Part shown: positions 13,629-26,710 of the stretch, piece after piece
How positions within the stretch are numbered: the first letter of the stretch is position 1
Layout of the letters: each line of letters begins with the position of its first letter
Assembly (NCBI RefSeq): GCF_001194135.2
Contig: NC_068982.1
Coordinates: 65,636,596-65,700,595, forward strand
Origin: Octopus bimaculoides
Lineage: Eukaryota
Reading direction: 5' to 3'
Length of the DNA: 64,000 nt
Program-made: the position numbers and the translations under genes
The notes under the pieces: model-generated
What the model saw: only the letters and a program-made list of their open reading frames with translations
Told to the model about the DNA's origin: nothing
Database searches by the model: none

Positions 13629-16531
13629 AACCAAAGAGTGTATTATATATGTATTCACTAATCGAGTAAGTACACCAAACATGAGAAATATTGATGCTGT
13701 CTTTTTTTTTTTTTTTGTACCATTGTAAAATGTCAGTCATTTTACAGACCTCACAATCTATGGACTTGTAACCACGTACACATCATTAATGATAAAGTTT
13801 GTACAATATTGCCTTTTTTGCTCCGCAGATAATTGCCAACTATTATAGTTATTGTGATCTGTGGATTAGTTTGATTTGAATGAATAAAGTGCATTATCTT
13901 AAAATACCAAATCTGAAATTAGATTGCATGTACTTCAGTATTACAGTTGACATCTTGTGATACTAAATATGTGTTGAACTAACAGTGGACCACTAATAAT
14001 ATTTTGTCATACAAAATACCAAGCTCAGCTAAAAATAATTTGTCTTGGTTTTATTGAAATGTATAAGTTTCTGTTAGTCTCAGAATGCCTGTCTTCTAAT
14101 AAAAATATCTTTGTTTTTTTATTGCAAAATAATTCATTTAGCTTAATATTTGAATTATAATTTAAAAAGAAAAAGAAGATACATGTAAAGCTGGGATTTG
14201 TTAATGCATTTATTTACAAACATTTCATATTGTATTAAATAAGAATTCAAATTTTATACATTGATTTCTAAATCTTTTGGGATCTTTTCATCATTTCACA
14301 CATAAAAGATCTAGTTTCTATGAGAAAAAACATTGTTTAGTATGAAATAATCCTCTTGTTTTATTGTAAATAAATATTAAATAAAAAATCTTTTAACAAA
14401 AAACAGCAAGTCAAGACATTTATTTTTCATCTTTGTGAAAGTTTATATTTGAAATTATTTTAAGAAAAAAGAAAATATTCAACAGTGAGATATTGATATG
14501 ATTCTCTAAATGACTCATATGGTTAAAACTGTTGAAGGAAAGATAATAATAGCTGACATTTATGTTGTTTACTATTCGTGTAGTTTCATTAATCAGGAAA
14601 GTCATGTGAAACTAACCACTAATAAAATTTGTACACTTTACTATATTAAAGTCATTGTTGTTAGATTTTTAAAATTGTTTTTACATAACTTAGTGACAAA
14701 CCACAAAGACCATATGTTTTTTAGCACATCTGTATATAAATGCTTTAACATGGACTGAACTTTAAATTTGTAACAAAAAGCTTGTAATTCATTAGTTGAA
14801 GCAATTGTAGTTGTACTACATCTGCATGACTCTGGTGGAAGAATTATAAAAAGAAAAAATATGAAGATAATTTCTTAAACCAAATACATCTTTTATCATA
14901 AATTTCATATAAACCTGATCAAGTCTCTCATTTTCTTGTTTAGTTTTTAAAACTATATGGTCCCTCATTCTACATCAAATCTGACAATGACTGCAATAAA
15001 GGTAGAAATTGCCATCATGTAATTCCTGATAATTTTCTCAGTAATATGAGTTTTAAACCTAAATTTCTAAACGGCATGACTAAATGATATGTGTTGTATA
15101 CCAAATGCATTCATTATTTGCTATAAGGTAACAACCAGAAAAGACAGTGATGGAGAATTGTCTGTTATGTTGCCAGATTGGTGTCTCAATAACTGTAGAC
15201 ATTCTATCATGTCAGCCTAAAAACATTCTACTCAATGAAATCCCTGAGTTGTTACTGAACAAACCAAACTTAATTTCCACTGAAAACTAGAGTGTATTTA
15301 CAATAGACTGACACCAAGACATGAAATTATTACTAAGTTCTTTCTAAGCATTACAAGTTTTCAACAATGGAAAGGAAAAAAAAAAATCTATGAATTCTAG
15401 TTTTAAATGTAAATATTCTGTTCGTTTATTAATTTTTCTCAAAGCATATTGTTTACCCTAGGTGTGTTAATCTAAGAGCAGTAAAGATGAATTTTAATTG
15501 AATCCCTTCCTGAAAATTGAACTTCATAATGAAACAGAAATAATAACAATTTCTACCTGACTATAAATGGAAATAATGGAGCAGTCTTTGCACACTGAGT
15601 ATTTCTGACTGCTAGATCCTCTATTCCTGTGAAGAAAGCTATAGAATGAAATATACACACAACTGGTCCTTTAAATAGGATGGTAACTGAGGCACAAATC
15701 CAGTAGAATGAGGAGCTACAATTACTACAGATTTTGATTTGAAGTAACATCTTTTAAGACAATCCTGTTACAGTTTAATGATTTGTATACAATAAACAGA
15801 ACATACTGGTATAAAACTGGAAGAGAATATTCTCATTCATCTTGTTCTTTAACACTTGCATGTATAAATTAAGCCTAATATTGGCACAAGGCCACACATT
15901 TTGATGGCATGTATGATCAATTATATTGACTCCAGTACTTGACTGGTGCTTTATTGTATCAGCCCCAAAATGATGAAAGGCATGTTGACTTCAACAGGAT
16001 TTGAATTCTGAACACAAAGGGCTGTAACTAAATACCAACAGGCATTTTGCTCAGCCTCTAATGAATCTGTGAGCAAATCCACTACCCTTATTAAGTATAT
16101 TGGTTTTAAATTTTGACACAAGGCTAGTCATTTTGGGGGAGGGGGTAAGTCAATTACATCGACCCCAGTGCTCAATTGGTACTTTATTTTATCAACCTTG
16201 AAAGGATGAAAGGCAAAGTCGACCTCGGCGGAATTTGAACTCAGAATGTAATGATGGATGAAATGCTGGTAAGCATTTTGCCCGGCATGTTAACGATTCT
16301 GCCAACTCACTGCTTTCTTCTTAAGCATAATATTAACAATTTAATGATTTAATGGTTCACAAATTATTTTGTAACAGAACATACTGGTATAAAACTGGAA
16401 GAGAATATTCTCATTCATCTTGTTCTTTAAAACTTGCATGTATAAATTAAGCCTAACATTGATTTCTAACATTGGCGCAAGGCCACACAATGAAACAGAA
16501 GCAAAGATGTTAGATACAGTAATACCTATTA

Positions 16532-16609
16532 TCATAGATTTAAGTTGTCGATGACTGCCAATGTGAGATCAGTTGTTGAAGAGTAGCCACCCATGTCAGG
16601 AGTTCGAAC
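16532..16609 (-). CDS. IDH3B: IDH3B last exon (VRTPDMGGYSSTTDLTLAVIDNLNL-stop)
   Basis: tttctgttgcag acceptor; VRT-x-DMGGY motif; TGA stop. Confidence 0.95.
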   Translation of the reverse strand, partial: VRTPDMGGYSSTTDLTLAVIDNLNL

Positions 16610-17348
16610 CTGCAACAGAAAATATTGGACTAAGCAAGCATCCAAAAGAACAACAAAAAGTTCATATCATTACCTAATACATTAACAGCAAAAACTACTA
16701 ACTTGACAAACTTTTTTTAGGAAGCATTAAAGCCTTTGCTGTATACTTAACCGAGTTACTTCTATAGAAATGACTAACAGTGAAATCTTCATATATGCAT
16801 TCTTATAGTCACAAGCAATGAAACTTTTTTCATTCCATGTTACTGACAACAGCTGAACTGAAACATGATAAATGAGCTAATAAAGGGGACTATGTGGTTG
16901 CTTGGCCTGCCAAAAAAGCAGCCATAATTCACTCAAATGACACTACAATTTTCAATAAAGAAGAATTCATTGGATAATGTATTCTGACATACAAAAAGAT
17001 GTCATTGTCTTGGCTAGAGTAACAATAAACATAAATATAAAATTCTACAGAAACAAGCAACAGACACATACACCCATATAAAGCCACTAAAGCCTAATAC
17101 ATATAAATTTATAATGCTCATTACATACACAACACTTGAATATTATTTCTACAATTATACCCAACCAGTGACCTAGATATCGTTGGTGAGAAAACTAGCT
17201 TTATCATTAGGTTGTAGAAAATAACAAAGACAGAAATTCCAGTATTTGTAAGGTAAGTGGATAGATTGATAAACGAATGACACAACATCACTCCTTTAGC
17301 ACCTAAGCTCTACTTTCCCTTCCACAAAGAAGTTATAAAGAGACTGAC

Positions 17349-17504
17349 CTTGCCCTCTTCAATGACTTTATAGAGAGCTTTTGATATCATATCAGCATGG
17401 TAATCCAGGTGTATATGTTGAAGCATCTTACAAGCAGCTCGTAAGATAGCAGTTGGGTTGGCTATATTCTTACCAAATGCCTCAGCATATGGATGACGAG
17501 CACC
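17349..17504 (-). CDS. IDH3B: IDH3B exon 9 ([19 protein letters not shown]...KVIEEGK)
   Basis: tttgctag and gtcagt junctions; GARHP is beta-type rather than gamma or alpha. Confidence 0.96.
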
Positions 17505-17656
17505 CTAGCAAATAAAAAAAAGTATTTATATTTACATAGTTATGGTAAACATATATTAAACAATAGGCACAGGGTTTCTGGTTCAGTCCCATTGCATGGC
17601 ACCTTCCCAGGCCAACCAAAGCCTTATGAGTAGATTAGTAGGCTGATAGAATTTTG

Positions 17657-17657
<1 letters not shown>

Positions 17658-17724
<67 letters not shown>

Positions 17725-18103
17725 AAATAGTAAATGAGTATATGCATATATACGTACAGGTATGTGCATACCGACATCCACCTGTATGTATAGGTGCATA
17801 TCTGGGTACAGGACATTGCAAACAAACGTAGACGAGAACACACGAGCCACATAGAGAACATTCTACTTCATCAGCTACCCACGTTTTAACACCGGCATAT
17901 ATATATATATACACACACACATATATATATATACACACATATGTATACACATATATACACACACATATATACACACATATATACACAATATATATATATA
18001 TACACACATATGTATACACACATATATACACACACATATATACACACATATATACACACATATATACACAATATATATATATATATACACACATATATAT
18101 ACA

Positions 18104-18134
<31 letters not shown>

Positions 18135-18215
18135 TATATATATACATACACATACACACACACACATATATATATACACACATATATATACACACACATA
18201 CACACATGTATATGC
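17658..18215. repeat. (TA)n tract plus complex TA/CA/TACA microsatellite
   Basis: Direct inspection; source of the spurious long I/Y/V/C ORFs. Confidence 0.95.
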
Positions 18216-18488
18216 ATGCGTCTGAAAGTGTACGTTTGTGCCTCTTGATATCACATGATTGTTGTAAATGAATATCATTCACTTCTAATCATCCATGAAA
18301 AACATGTCTGGCCATGGGGAAATATCACCTTGTTTAGAAACATGTAAGGGCTGGTGACAGGAAGAGCATCCAGACAGAAAATCTGGCTCAATAAATTCCA
18401 TCCAGTCCACGCAAGCATAGAAATGTGGATGCTAAAACAATGAATGATGGTGTGTGATCAGAATTCTTTTTATGATCGAATTTACACA

Positions 18489-18647
18489 ACATTTAAATTG
18501 TACCCAGGTGTCATGTTTTTTATAGTTAAATTCAAAATACACATTTAAATTGTACCCAAGTGTCATGTTTTTTATAGTTAAATTCAAAATACACATTTAA
18601 ATTGTACCCAGGTGTCATGTTTTTTTTTTTGTAGTTAAATTCAAAAA
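18489..18647. repeat. Minisatellite, 3 x 52 bp
   Basis: acatttaaattgtacccaggtgtcatg...ttcaaaat units start at 18489, 18541 and 18593. Confidence 0.92.
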
Positions 18648-20119
18648 AAAGTTATTGAATGGGAAGAGTGAAGGAAAATAAGACAATATGAGAGGACAAT
18701 GAGATCTGATAAATGCAATGGTTGACAAAGATGGCTGCAATATCAAAACTGCAGTTCCAATCTTGCAGGCAAACATTTTTTGTCATGAGGGAAATATTAA
18801 CTTACTTGGAAGTAGGTGAGGATTGGTAACAGGAAGGGCATCTGGCCATAGAAAATTTACTTTCATAAATTCTGTCCAACCCATGAAAGCATGGAAAAGT
18901 GGACATTGAAACTGATGATGGTGATGATGATTACTGATTGTACAGTTATTCTTGTTAATAACAGAGATTGATAACTAACCCTGTCTGACAGCAAAACAGA
19001 TCTCACATTAAGTGGCCTTACAAATTATTTAAGACTAATTAAACTAGAGTCAAACAAAGCTGATGAGATTGTACACATGTTACATGTACAGCCTCCTTTA
19101 CTTTGTAAAATATCTTCCAATGTAATTTTAGATTTACAAAGAAAACAGTAGCCGAACAGTAGTCCCATGATTTAACCCACATCTGCTGTTCCAGTTGTGG
19201 TTGGTTATCATGTGTCAAGTATTCAGCTGGTTTCTTTAGAGTAAATAGTAGTTTCCTTTTTAGTTCTTCTACTTAACAGCAGATTCATTAAAAGAAGTGA
19301 TCCTGTTAAAATAAAAGATTCCTTCTTTTAAGTGTTGATGCTTCAGACACAGTAAAATGTCTGTTGCTGAGATTTGTAATAGATTTCATGCTGCAACTGT
19401 TTTCTTCATATACATGTCAGGAGGGCTTGTTATGCCTTGATATTTTTCGTTTTTCTGTTTTTTGTTTCCACTAGGAGTGACACAAGATACTTGTAGTCCT
19501 CAACAGTTGTGACTTAAATCTTCAATCTAAAAAGATTTGCTAATCAATTTATTGGATGTAAAAAAAAAGAACATTAAACAATTTTGAGCTGTTTGCTGAT
19601 AGAATCTATTACTAAGACCATATAAAGTGGCTGTTTTATTTTTCAGCTTCGTCAGTGTCTGATGATCAGGTATGAAAAGTTTATACACGAAGGGATTATA
19701 GAATTCACATTAATATTTCTTTAAACCTTCAGTAAATAGATTTGTTTCAAACTTACTGTATTTGATGGCATATAAGACGTAGATTTTTTTTCAAAAAAAT
19801 GTCTCAAGAAGGAAAAAAAAGGTCCTATATGCAAAGTTAGGCCTCCCATAAGATTTAATGCACTAAAACGTTTTTCTTACCAAATATGTACTGCTGAGAT
19901 TGGCTGCATCTGATATGCTTGTGCATGTTTTATGCCATCAAATACAGTAATCATGTAATACTTACTCCCGCCTCTCCTCCCACTATCTCTTACACATGCT
20001 GTAAACCATATCCTTTTATCTACCTTTTGATGAACTTAACCAAATACTTGTCATCTTCATAACTAAGATCAGAGTAAGAAAGGCAGTTATAAGAAAGTGT
20101 AAAAGTAATAAACACTTAC

Positions 20120-20266
20120 TGGCTCAAAAACAGCAACTTCATGGCTATAACTGCCACCAGGTACAACACCTGCACCTCCAATAAGACCAGCAGCTAAATT
20201 GTCCACAATATTGCCATAGAGGTTGGGAAGTACCATAACATCAAATTGATGAGGGTTAGACACCAA
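20120..20266 (-). CDS. IDH3B: IDH3B exon 8 ([37 protein letters not shown]...FEP)
   Basis: atacag and gtaagt junctions; IDH/IMDH signature PNLYGNI. Confidence 0.97.
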
Positions 20267-20457
20267 CTGTATATATAGGTAAAGACAATATATGAAAAGT
20301 ATAAAACAAATGAAATAAAAACTGATTAATTCTCTTTCAAATGAAAGATAATGGTTGCTGCTTAACCTCAAATCATATTGTAATCAAACAGAACTATGAT
20401 TGAAGCTGTTCCAGCTGTGAACTCTTTCAGGTACAGTACTGTGTATAGGGTTGAATT

Positions 20458-20841
20458 GTGGAGGCGCAATGGCCCAGTGGTTAGGGCAGCAGACTCGTGG
20501 TCGTAGGATCGTGGTTTCGATTCCCAGACCGGGCGTTGTGAGTGTTTATTGAGCGAAAACACCTAAAGCTCCATGAGGCTCCGGCAAGGGATGGTGGCAA
20601 ACCCTGCTGTACTCTTCCACCACAACTTTCCCTCACTCTTTCTTCCTGTTTCTGTTGTACCTGTAATTCAAAGGATCAGCCTTGTCACACTGTGTCATGC
20701 TGAATATCCCCGAGAACTACGTTAAGGGTACACGTGTTTGTGGAGTGCTCAGCCACTTGCACGTTAATTTCACGAGCAGGCTGTTCCGTTGATCGCATCA
20801 ACTGGAACGCTCGACGTCGTAAGCGACGGAGTGCCAACAAC
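20458..20841 (+). mobile_element. Full-length tRNA-derived SINE (family A)
   Basis: A box tggcccagtgg, B box gtttcgattcc, terminal cgtcg-taag-cgacg hairpin; 13-bp TSD atagggttgaatt (20445-20457 and 20842-20854). Confidence 0.9.
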
Positions 20842-21231
20842 ATAGGGTTGAATTAGCCACATTTTCTTCCTCTTCTAAGATGGTAGGATGTGTTTAGAAG
20901 ATTTAGCTGCTACTCCTAGAAAGTTGGCGCAGCCATATAGAGGCTCTCTTATCTTGAGATGTTAAAACTTTATTAAACAATATTGTTAACAAAGAGAATG
21001 AATATGCACACCATACAGGTGCACATATATAGCATTTATTTCTAAGGCATGAAAGTAACCAAGCATAAGTTATATAAGCAATGGGTTAAAATTACCTTTT
21101 CACTTTTGAACAACCTGACTGAATTTACTTTAATTATAGCAATTAACATTTATTTCGCTTTTGTATTTGGTTTCCAAGATTCTTGATGTGAACTCATGTG
21201 TTGAAACATATTTTGTTCCATCTATTAAATG

Positions 21232-21720
21232 TCACTATACTAATAATTAACACACACACTGGTACAATTTCGCTTCTTTATTTCTTATTTATCAATGGGT
21301 TAACTATTTAACCCATTAACTTATTGACTGTTTAATTAATTGCTCGGCCAATCAATCAATCAGCTAAGTTTATCAAAGTCCTTTTGTTGCCATTCATAAC
21401 CTCATCAATAACATGCCCTCAGACTTGGAGTGAAGAAAGCACGTCATTGATGAGGTTGCGAATGACAAAGAAAGGAATTTGACAAACCTAACTGATTGAT
21501 TGATTGACCAAATGATTAATTAATTGGTTTCACAAGGTCAGCAATTGCAGAGAAGGGGGTTAAGTTGATTACATCAACTCCAGTGCTTAACAGGTAGTTA
21601 TTTTACCAACCCCGAAAGGATCAAAGGCACAATTAATTAACTGATTAGTTAATTGGTTAAGCAACTGACAAATAAAGAAATGAAACAGAATCAGTGCATA
21701 TGTTTAGTGTTAGCATAATG
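21232..21720. mobile_element. Fold-back/MITE-like palindrome interrupted by a SINE fragment (about 21526-21630)
   Basis: Inner arms 21334-21416 and 21439-21521 about 81 percent identical as inverted repeats. Confidence 0.8.
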
Positions 21721-21792
21721 CACTCTCTCCACCCCCACCCCCTTCCAAGACACAACAAAATTAACATTTAAATTAAGTTAACGAAAACTTAC

Positions 21793-21895
21793 CTGCATGC
21801 AGCAGTTGTCAACAATCATTGTGTCTAATTCAATTCTGGGATACATTGCTGCTACCTCATGGCAACACTGCAGAAATAGACCATCACCAAGTTTC
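21793..21895 (-). CDS. IDH3B: IDH3B exon 7 ([11 protein letters not shown]...MIVDNCCMQ)
   Basis: tttttcag and gtaagt junctions; phase 2 to 0. Confidence 0.97.
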
Positions 21896-22859
21896 CTGAA
21901 AAATTCACAATTTATAGATTTATAGTTTTATTTTTAAGAAAAGAAACATTAATTCAAATAAGTATTAAGACAACTCACCAAATTAGCTCCCACTTTTGTA
22001 AAGTTAAGAATCTTCCTCTCTGATTATCAGCAGTTTTTTTAATCTCCCTACCACTCATTGCTACACAGCCTCAAGGCTTCGCCCAATCCTTCCTCCCCAG
22101 ATCTCCAGTCATTCTGGAATTCCATTCCTGTACATATTCTCTTTGCAGACAATGATCTAGAGGTACTCAAGCTGAACAATGCCTGCAAAAATTGGGAATG
22201 CTGTCTCTCCATCTAAGAATAACTGCAAAAGTCATGAGCACTATCTCACCACCCCCTCTCTTGACTAAATTACAAAATAAAAAAAAAATTTAGAAATAAA
22301 TTTGTTAGCTGCATTTGCTCCACCAATTTGGTGTATAATACTTTATCATTACCTGTAAGATAATGAGCAAGAGCAGAAGAGATATTTTTGACATTAGTTC
22401 TTCTGAAAAACAAATACTTTAAAATCAATAGATCAATAATCTAAAGTAAGAGAAATTAATTATTTCAACAGTAAATGAAAAACAATTCAGACAACATTTG
22501 TAACATCAATTTTACTATGTTGGCATGCAATTATTTATATTTTTTTTTTTTATTTTGGTAAAATCAAATATTTATTTAAAATATTGTTGCATCTATCTTC
22601 TGCTAATGCATACTGGCAAAAGATATAAGTATCTGAGAAAACATGCTTCTGAATAAAAATATCCTGCATTGTATGGTCCTCCAGTTGTGATATGAAATAA
22701 ATAAATCAGTATACCTAATGTACTTGCTGGCATATAGGATACAGTTGTATTTCACAAATATATTTTGTGGAAAAAATAAATTTAGTAAGTTTCATCATAC
22801 ACTTATTGAATGATATTTTAAAGTATTTTTATAGGGGTCAAATGTATGACTCTGTGCAT

Positions 22860-23200
22860 ATAAATACATTACTATGACAGTATACTGGAATATGCCTCAA
22901 ACACAGCTCCCCCATCAACTCCCATTTGAGGAGTTGGTCTCAGGCACCAAACCAGGCAGAGCTACCAAATTCCGTTTCCAAGACCAGCTAGAGGCCACTC
23001 TACTCCACTGCTCCATTGACCCAAATACCATGGAGACAATTGCCAAGGACTTCCCAAAGTGGCGGCATGTCATTGTTGAGAGAATGAACCAGATAGAAAA
23101 TAACAGATGTCAAGATGCAGAGATCAAACATTGAAGACACAAAGAATGATTTGCACTTCCTTATCCCCTGCCAACCCTATTTTGTGATAAATGCCCCCAT
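22860..23200 (+). mobile_element. RTE/BovB-like LINE C-terminal fragment
   Basis: QLPFEELVSGTKPGRATKFRFQDQL...KWR resembles the RTE C-terminus. Confidence 0.55.
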
Positions 23201-23565
23201 CTCTTCTATACTGATCTTGGCCTGAACCTCAGGCACCAGCACCCACCAGGACGAAGAGGCTCAGTCACTCACTATAGATTAACTACTTGGACACAAGTTA
23301 ATGCTGCTGCCAACTGGAATAAAGTATGACACTATAAATTACGGGAACACTGTATTATTAATTGATGTCTGTTTTCCATGCTGGCATGGGCTGGGTGGTT
23401 TAACAGGAGCTGTCCAGGCTTTATGTTTGTTTTGGCATGATTTCTACAGCTGGATGCCCTTCCTAATACCAACCTCTTTACAGAGTGTACTGGGTGCTTT
23501 TACACAGCACCGGCATGGGTGCTTTTTACGTGGCACCAGCACTCACAAGTCTGCAAGATTAGGAT

Positions 23566-23785
23566 AAGGCGGCGAGCTGGCAGAAACGTTAGCATGCCAG
23601 GCGAAACGCTTATTTTGTTTGCCGTTACGTTCTGAGTTCAAATTCTGCCGGGATCGACTTTGCTTTTCATCCTTTTGGGGTCAATAAATTAAGTACCACA
23701 CTGGGGTCGATGTAATAAACTTAATTCCTTTGTCTGTCCTTGTTTGTCCCCTCTATATTTAGCCCCTTGTGGGCAATAAAGAAAT
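23566..23785 (+). mobile_element. SINE family B (ggcgagctggcag head; gtcgactttgcctttcatcctttcggggtcgat core); further copies near 15880-16310, 30820-31120, 36781-36890, 44250-44460, 45040-45240
   Basis: 11-bp TSD aagattaggat; nested in an RTE UTR fragment. Confidence 0.85.
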
Positions 23786-25082
23786 AAGATTAGGATCCCT
23801 CTGCTGAAGAGGGATTCATAGGACATGCCTGTATGCAGGGGCAACCATGATTTTACTTAGCTTAATGTCTCTTTAATTACTCAACACCACATCATTTCTC
23901 TACTAAAATAAATAATATAAGGATTTTGATTAAATTTTCAATCTTGGACAAGATGCCCTGTATTGCATTTATCCGTTCAGATTCTGGTTCTGAAATCTTG
24001 TCACCCTTGGAGTGGTTGGTGTTAGAAAGGGCATCCAGCTATAGAAACTCTGCCAAATTAGATAGGAGCCTGGTGTAGCCATCTAGTTCACCAGTCCTTA
24101 GTCAAATCATCCTACCCATGCTAGCATGGAAGGCGGACGTTAAACGATGATGATGATCATCAAAAAAACAATCTATTCTTTCCAACACAATGCAACTTGA
24201 CCTCATACTTTTCTTTTACATCTGTTTTTTCTTTCGTAATTTTCTTGTCACTAATCTCTTACTTGTTTTTAAAGTTCTGAAGCAAGAGATTTTTTTTATT
24301 CCAACAGTTTTCAGAAAAGCACAGTTGTAATGTCAATGGAGAATCTAACTCTGTTTCACTAAGGCAGTGACAAACACAAACTAGGACACTAAATCACAAT
24401 ATTTTTAGCTTGCTTTATCCACCTATCCATCCATTTTTTCCACTCACTATTCCCAGGAGGGATTTTGGGGTGGAATCCTCAGGTACCTCTTGAGAATCAA
24501 ACATCATAACACTTTCTGGCTGGATTTCTAAGTACGACCAACTGAGACTATAGATATTATCCAAGCATCTCATTCTTGATCTACCCCTAGGTCTCTTGCT
24601 GGTTGGCTTGGCTTGTGGAATCATCTTGCAATTCTTTCCTGCAACATTCTAATTACACATTGCAGGTCCAATACAAATAGTTTGGTGCCTGGTGTGAATA
24701 AGACCACTAAAACTGCAATATGAAGCGGGGTTTGAAAGAATAACCATACTGCATCATCCATTGCACATGTTGATAAGGGATGTTTTTGTTTCTTAGGTAG
24801 AGGGGTCTGTTCAAAAAATATATTGCAGACTCTGCCCAATGCTGGTACAACCAGCAATAAACGTGCAACTTGTTCTGGAAGGTGTGGGTGGGAGCACAAA
24901 GGATGTGTCCCCCAGGACCTTGAGGTGCATCAAGGAAGGAACACTCACTAGCTTGCTTTAGATTAACTTTTATTAACTGGTTACCAATTAAAAATATATC
25001 AGTGGTAATTGTCACAAACAGAAACAAATTGTTATATCATCTGATTTTATGCTTGCAAATGGCTTGAGTAACATCAACTTAC

Positions 25083-25216
25083 ATGATATTTGCTTTATGG
25101 ACTGCAGTGACCTTCTTCCTGTTATGTCGAATAGCATAATCAAATGCAAATTTAGCAATCCTCCGTGAATTATCACGAGTCATAATCTTCAAGCTCTCTA
25201 CAACACCATGGGTACT
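25083..25216 (-). CDS. IDH3B: IDH3B exon 6 ([10 protein letters not shown]...[10 protein letters not shown]...VTAVHKANI)
   Basis: tgtgtag and gtaagt junctions; HKANIM motif. Confidence 0.97.
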
Positions 25217-25744
25217 CTACACAGGAAAAAAAAGGAGAGAATATTAAATGTAAACTCAAATTGCAGCAAACTTGGTCTGAGGTCATACCCTTAAAAGATT
25301 TGTTATTGTTAAATAATGCAATTTTTTTACTATTAATATATATATATATAAACAATAAATTAAACAGAGCGATTCAATTGACAATCTGATAATTTATTTA
25401 TAACATTTTATACTATAAATATTAAATAATATAAGATAACATTAAAAAAATCATAAAAAAAACCAAAATGGCCAACAATTTGTTTTGACTTATTTACATT
25501 ATTTGATTTATAAATAATACATATCCACTTATATAAGTCTATTCAGAGCTTTTGTTTATAGACAGACGAAATTCCGTGTCAAAGGACAGCTGGACTGTAA
25601 AAAAGTTAATTCAAATGCCTATGTATTATGAGCGTTAACTTTTCAACTATATATATATATATATAGCAATTCACTCAGCCAGAAATTTGGAAATGATATG
25701 CTGTACTGCTTGGCATTCACACTGGAAGCTCTAATACAAACATG

Positions 25745-26265
25745 TACTGAGAGTGATAAAAATCCAGTCAACATCATGGTGTTTTGAGTGATCACTAGTG
25801 ATGGTGATGTTATGCCTCCATTCATTTTCTCACACGGCCTCAAACTCAACACAGAGACCAACATCAAGTGCCTGGAGGAGGTAGTGCTGCCCTGGGTCAA
25901 GATGGTGGCTGCTGATAACAGGACTCTGCACCATGCTACACAAGGAAGAGAACACAGTCATGGCTGTCAGACAATATCTGCGAACACCCCACCCCTAACA
26001 TCTGCCCACCTAACTCCCCACACTACAACCTCCTTGATTATTGTGTGAGGCACAGTTGAGTGAGAGACCGACAAAACTCATTGTAACACCAAAAATGAAC
26101 TGAAGGCAAGGATTATGGCAGCATTCACCAACTTAAACAAGGAGACCATCCAGAAGAGTTGTAGAAGATTCTGAAGTCGTCTGGAGGCCGTGATTGAAAC
26201 CTATGGCAATTTTATTGAATAAATTTACTCTTTAGTATTTCAAGATATTTTTATGTAATTTTGGT
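25745..26265 (+). mobile_element. Tc1/mariner (maT/DD37D-like) transposase fragment
   Basis: ITSDGDVMPPFIF...CLEEVVLPW...RLEAVIE relic with frameshifts. Confidence 0.7.
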
Positions 26266-26269
26266 AAAT

Positions 26270-26643
26270 ATATCGAGCGAGATCGTTGCCAGTGCCGATG
26301 GACTGGCTCCTGTGCAGGTGACACGTAATACACCATTTCGAGCATGGCCTTTGCCAGTAAGACATCTGAGCGAGATCATTGCCAGTGCCGATGGACTGGC
26401 TCCTGTGCAGGTGGCACGTAAAATACACCACTTCGAGCGTGGCCATTGCCAGTACCCGCCTGACTGGCCCTCGTGCCAGTGGCACGTAAAAGCACCCACT
26501 TCACTCTCAGAGTGGTTGGCGTTAGGAGGGGTATTCAGCTGTAGAAACTCTGCCAAATCAGATTGGAGCCTGGTGTCACCTCCTGTTCCACCAGTCCTCA
26601 GTCAAATCGTCCAACCCATGGAAAGTGGACGTTAAACGACGAT
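26270..26643 (+). mobile_element. Young 5'-truncated RTE 3' UTR copy; near-identical copies at 23995-24160 (+), 47625-47859 (-), 48775-48885 (+), 60425-60720 (-)
   Basis: ggagtggttggcgttaggaagggcatccagc...ggacgttaaacgatgat tail. Confidence 0.8.
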
Positions 26644-26653
26644 NNNNNNNNNN

Positions 26654-26710
<57 letters not shown>

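Noticed and set aside
15553-15750. Alternative IDH3B last exon, by analogy with mammalian beta1/beta2 isoforms
   Set aside because: No VRT-x-DMGG-like sequence; the phase 0 reading after the best AG stops at once
17310-17348. Intron 9 read-through giving an alternative C-terminus [12 protein letters not shown]
   Set aside because: Short open stretch expected by chance; it would remove the conserved DMGG segment
17583-18282. Long ORFs of 92-186 aa on both strands
   Set aside because: Translations of TA/CA microsatellites with no protein signal
18489-18647. Possible CRISPR-like array
   Set aside because: Contiguous tandem units with no unique spacers, no cas genes, eukaryotic context
20458-20530. 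tRNA genes at the SINE-A heads (also 41673, 42077)
   Set aside because: They continue into SINE bodies bounded by TSDs
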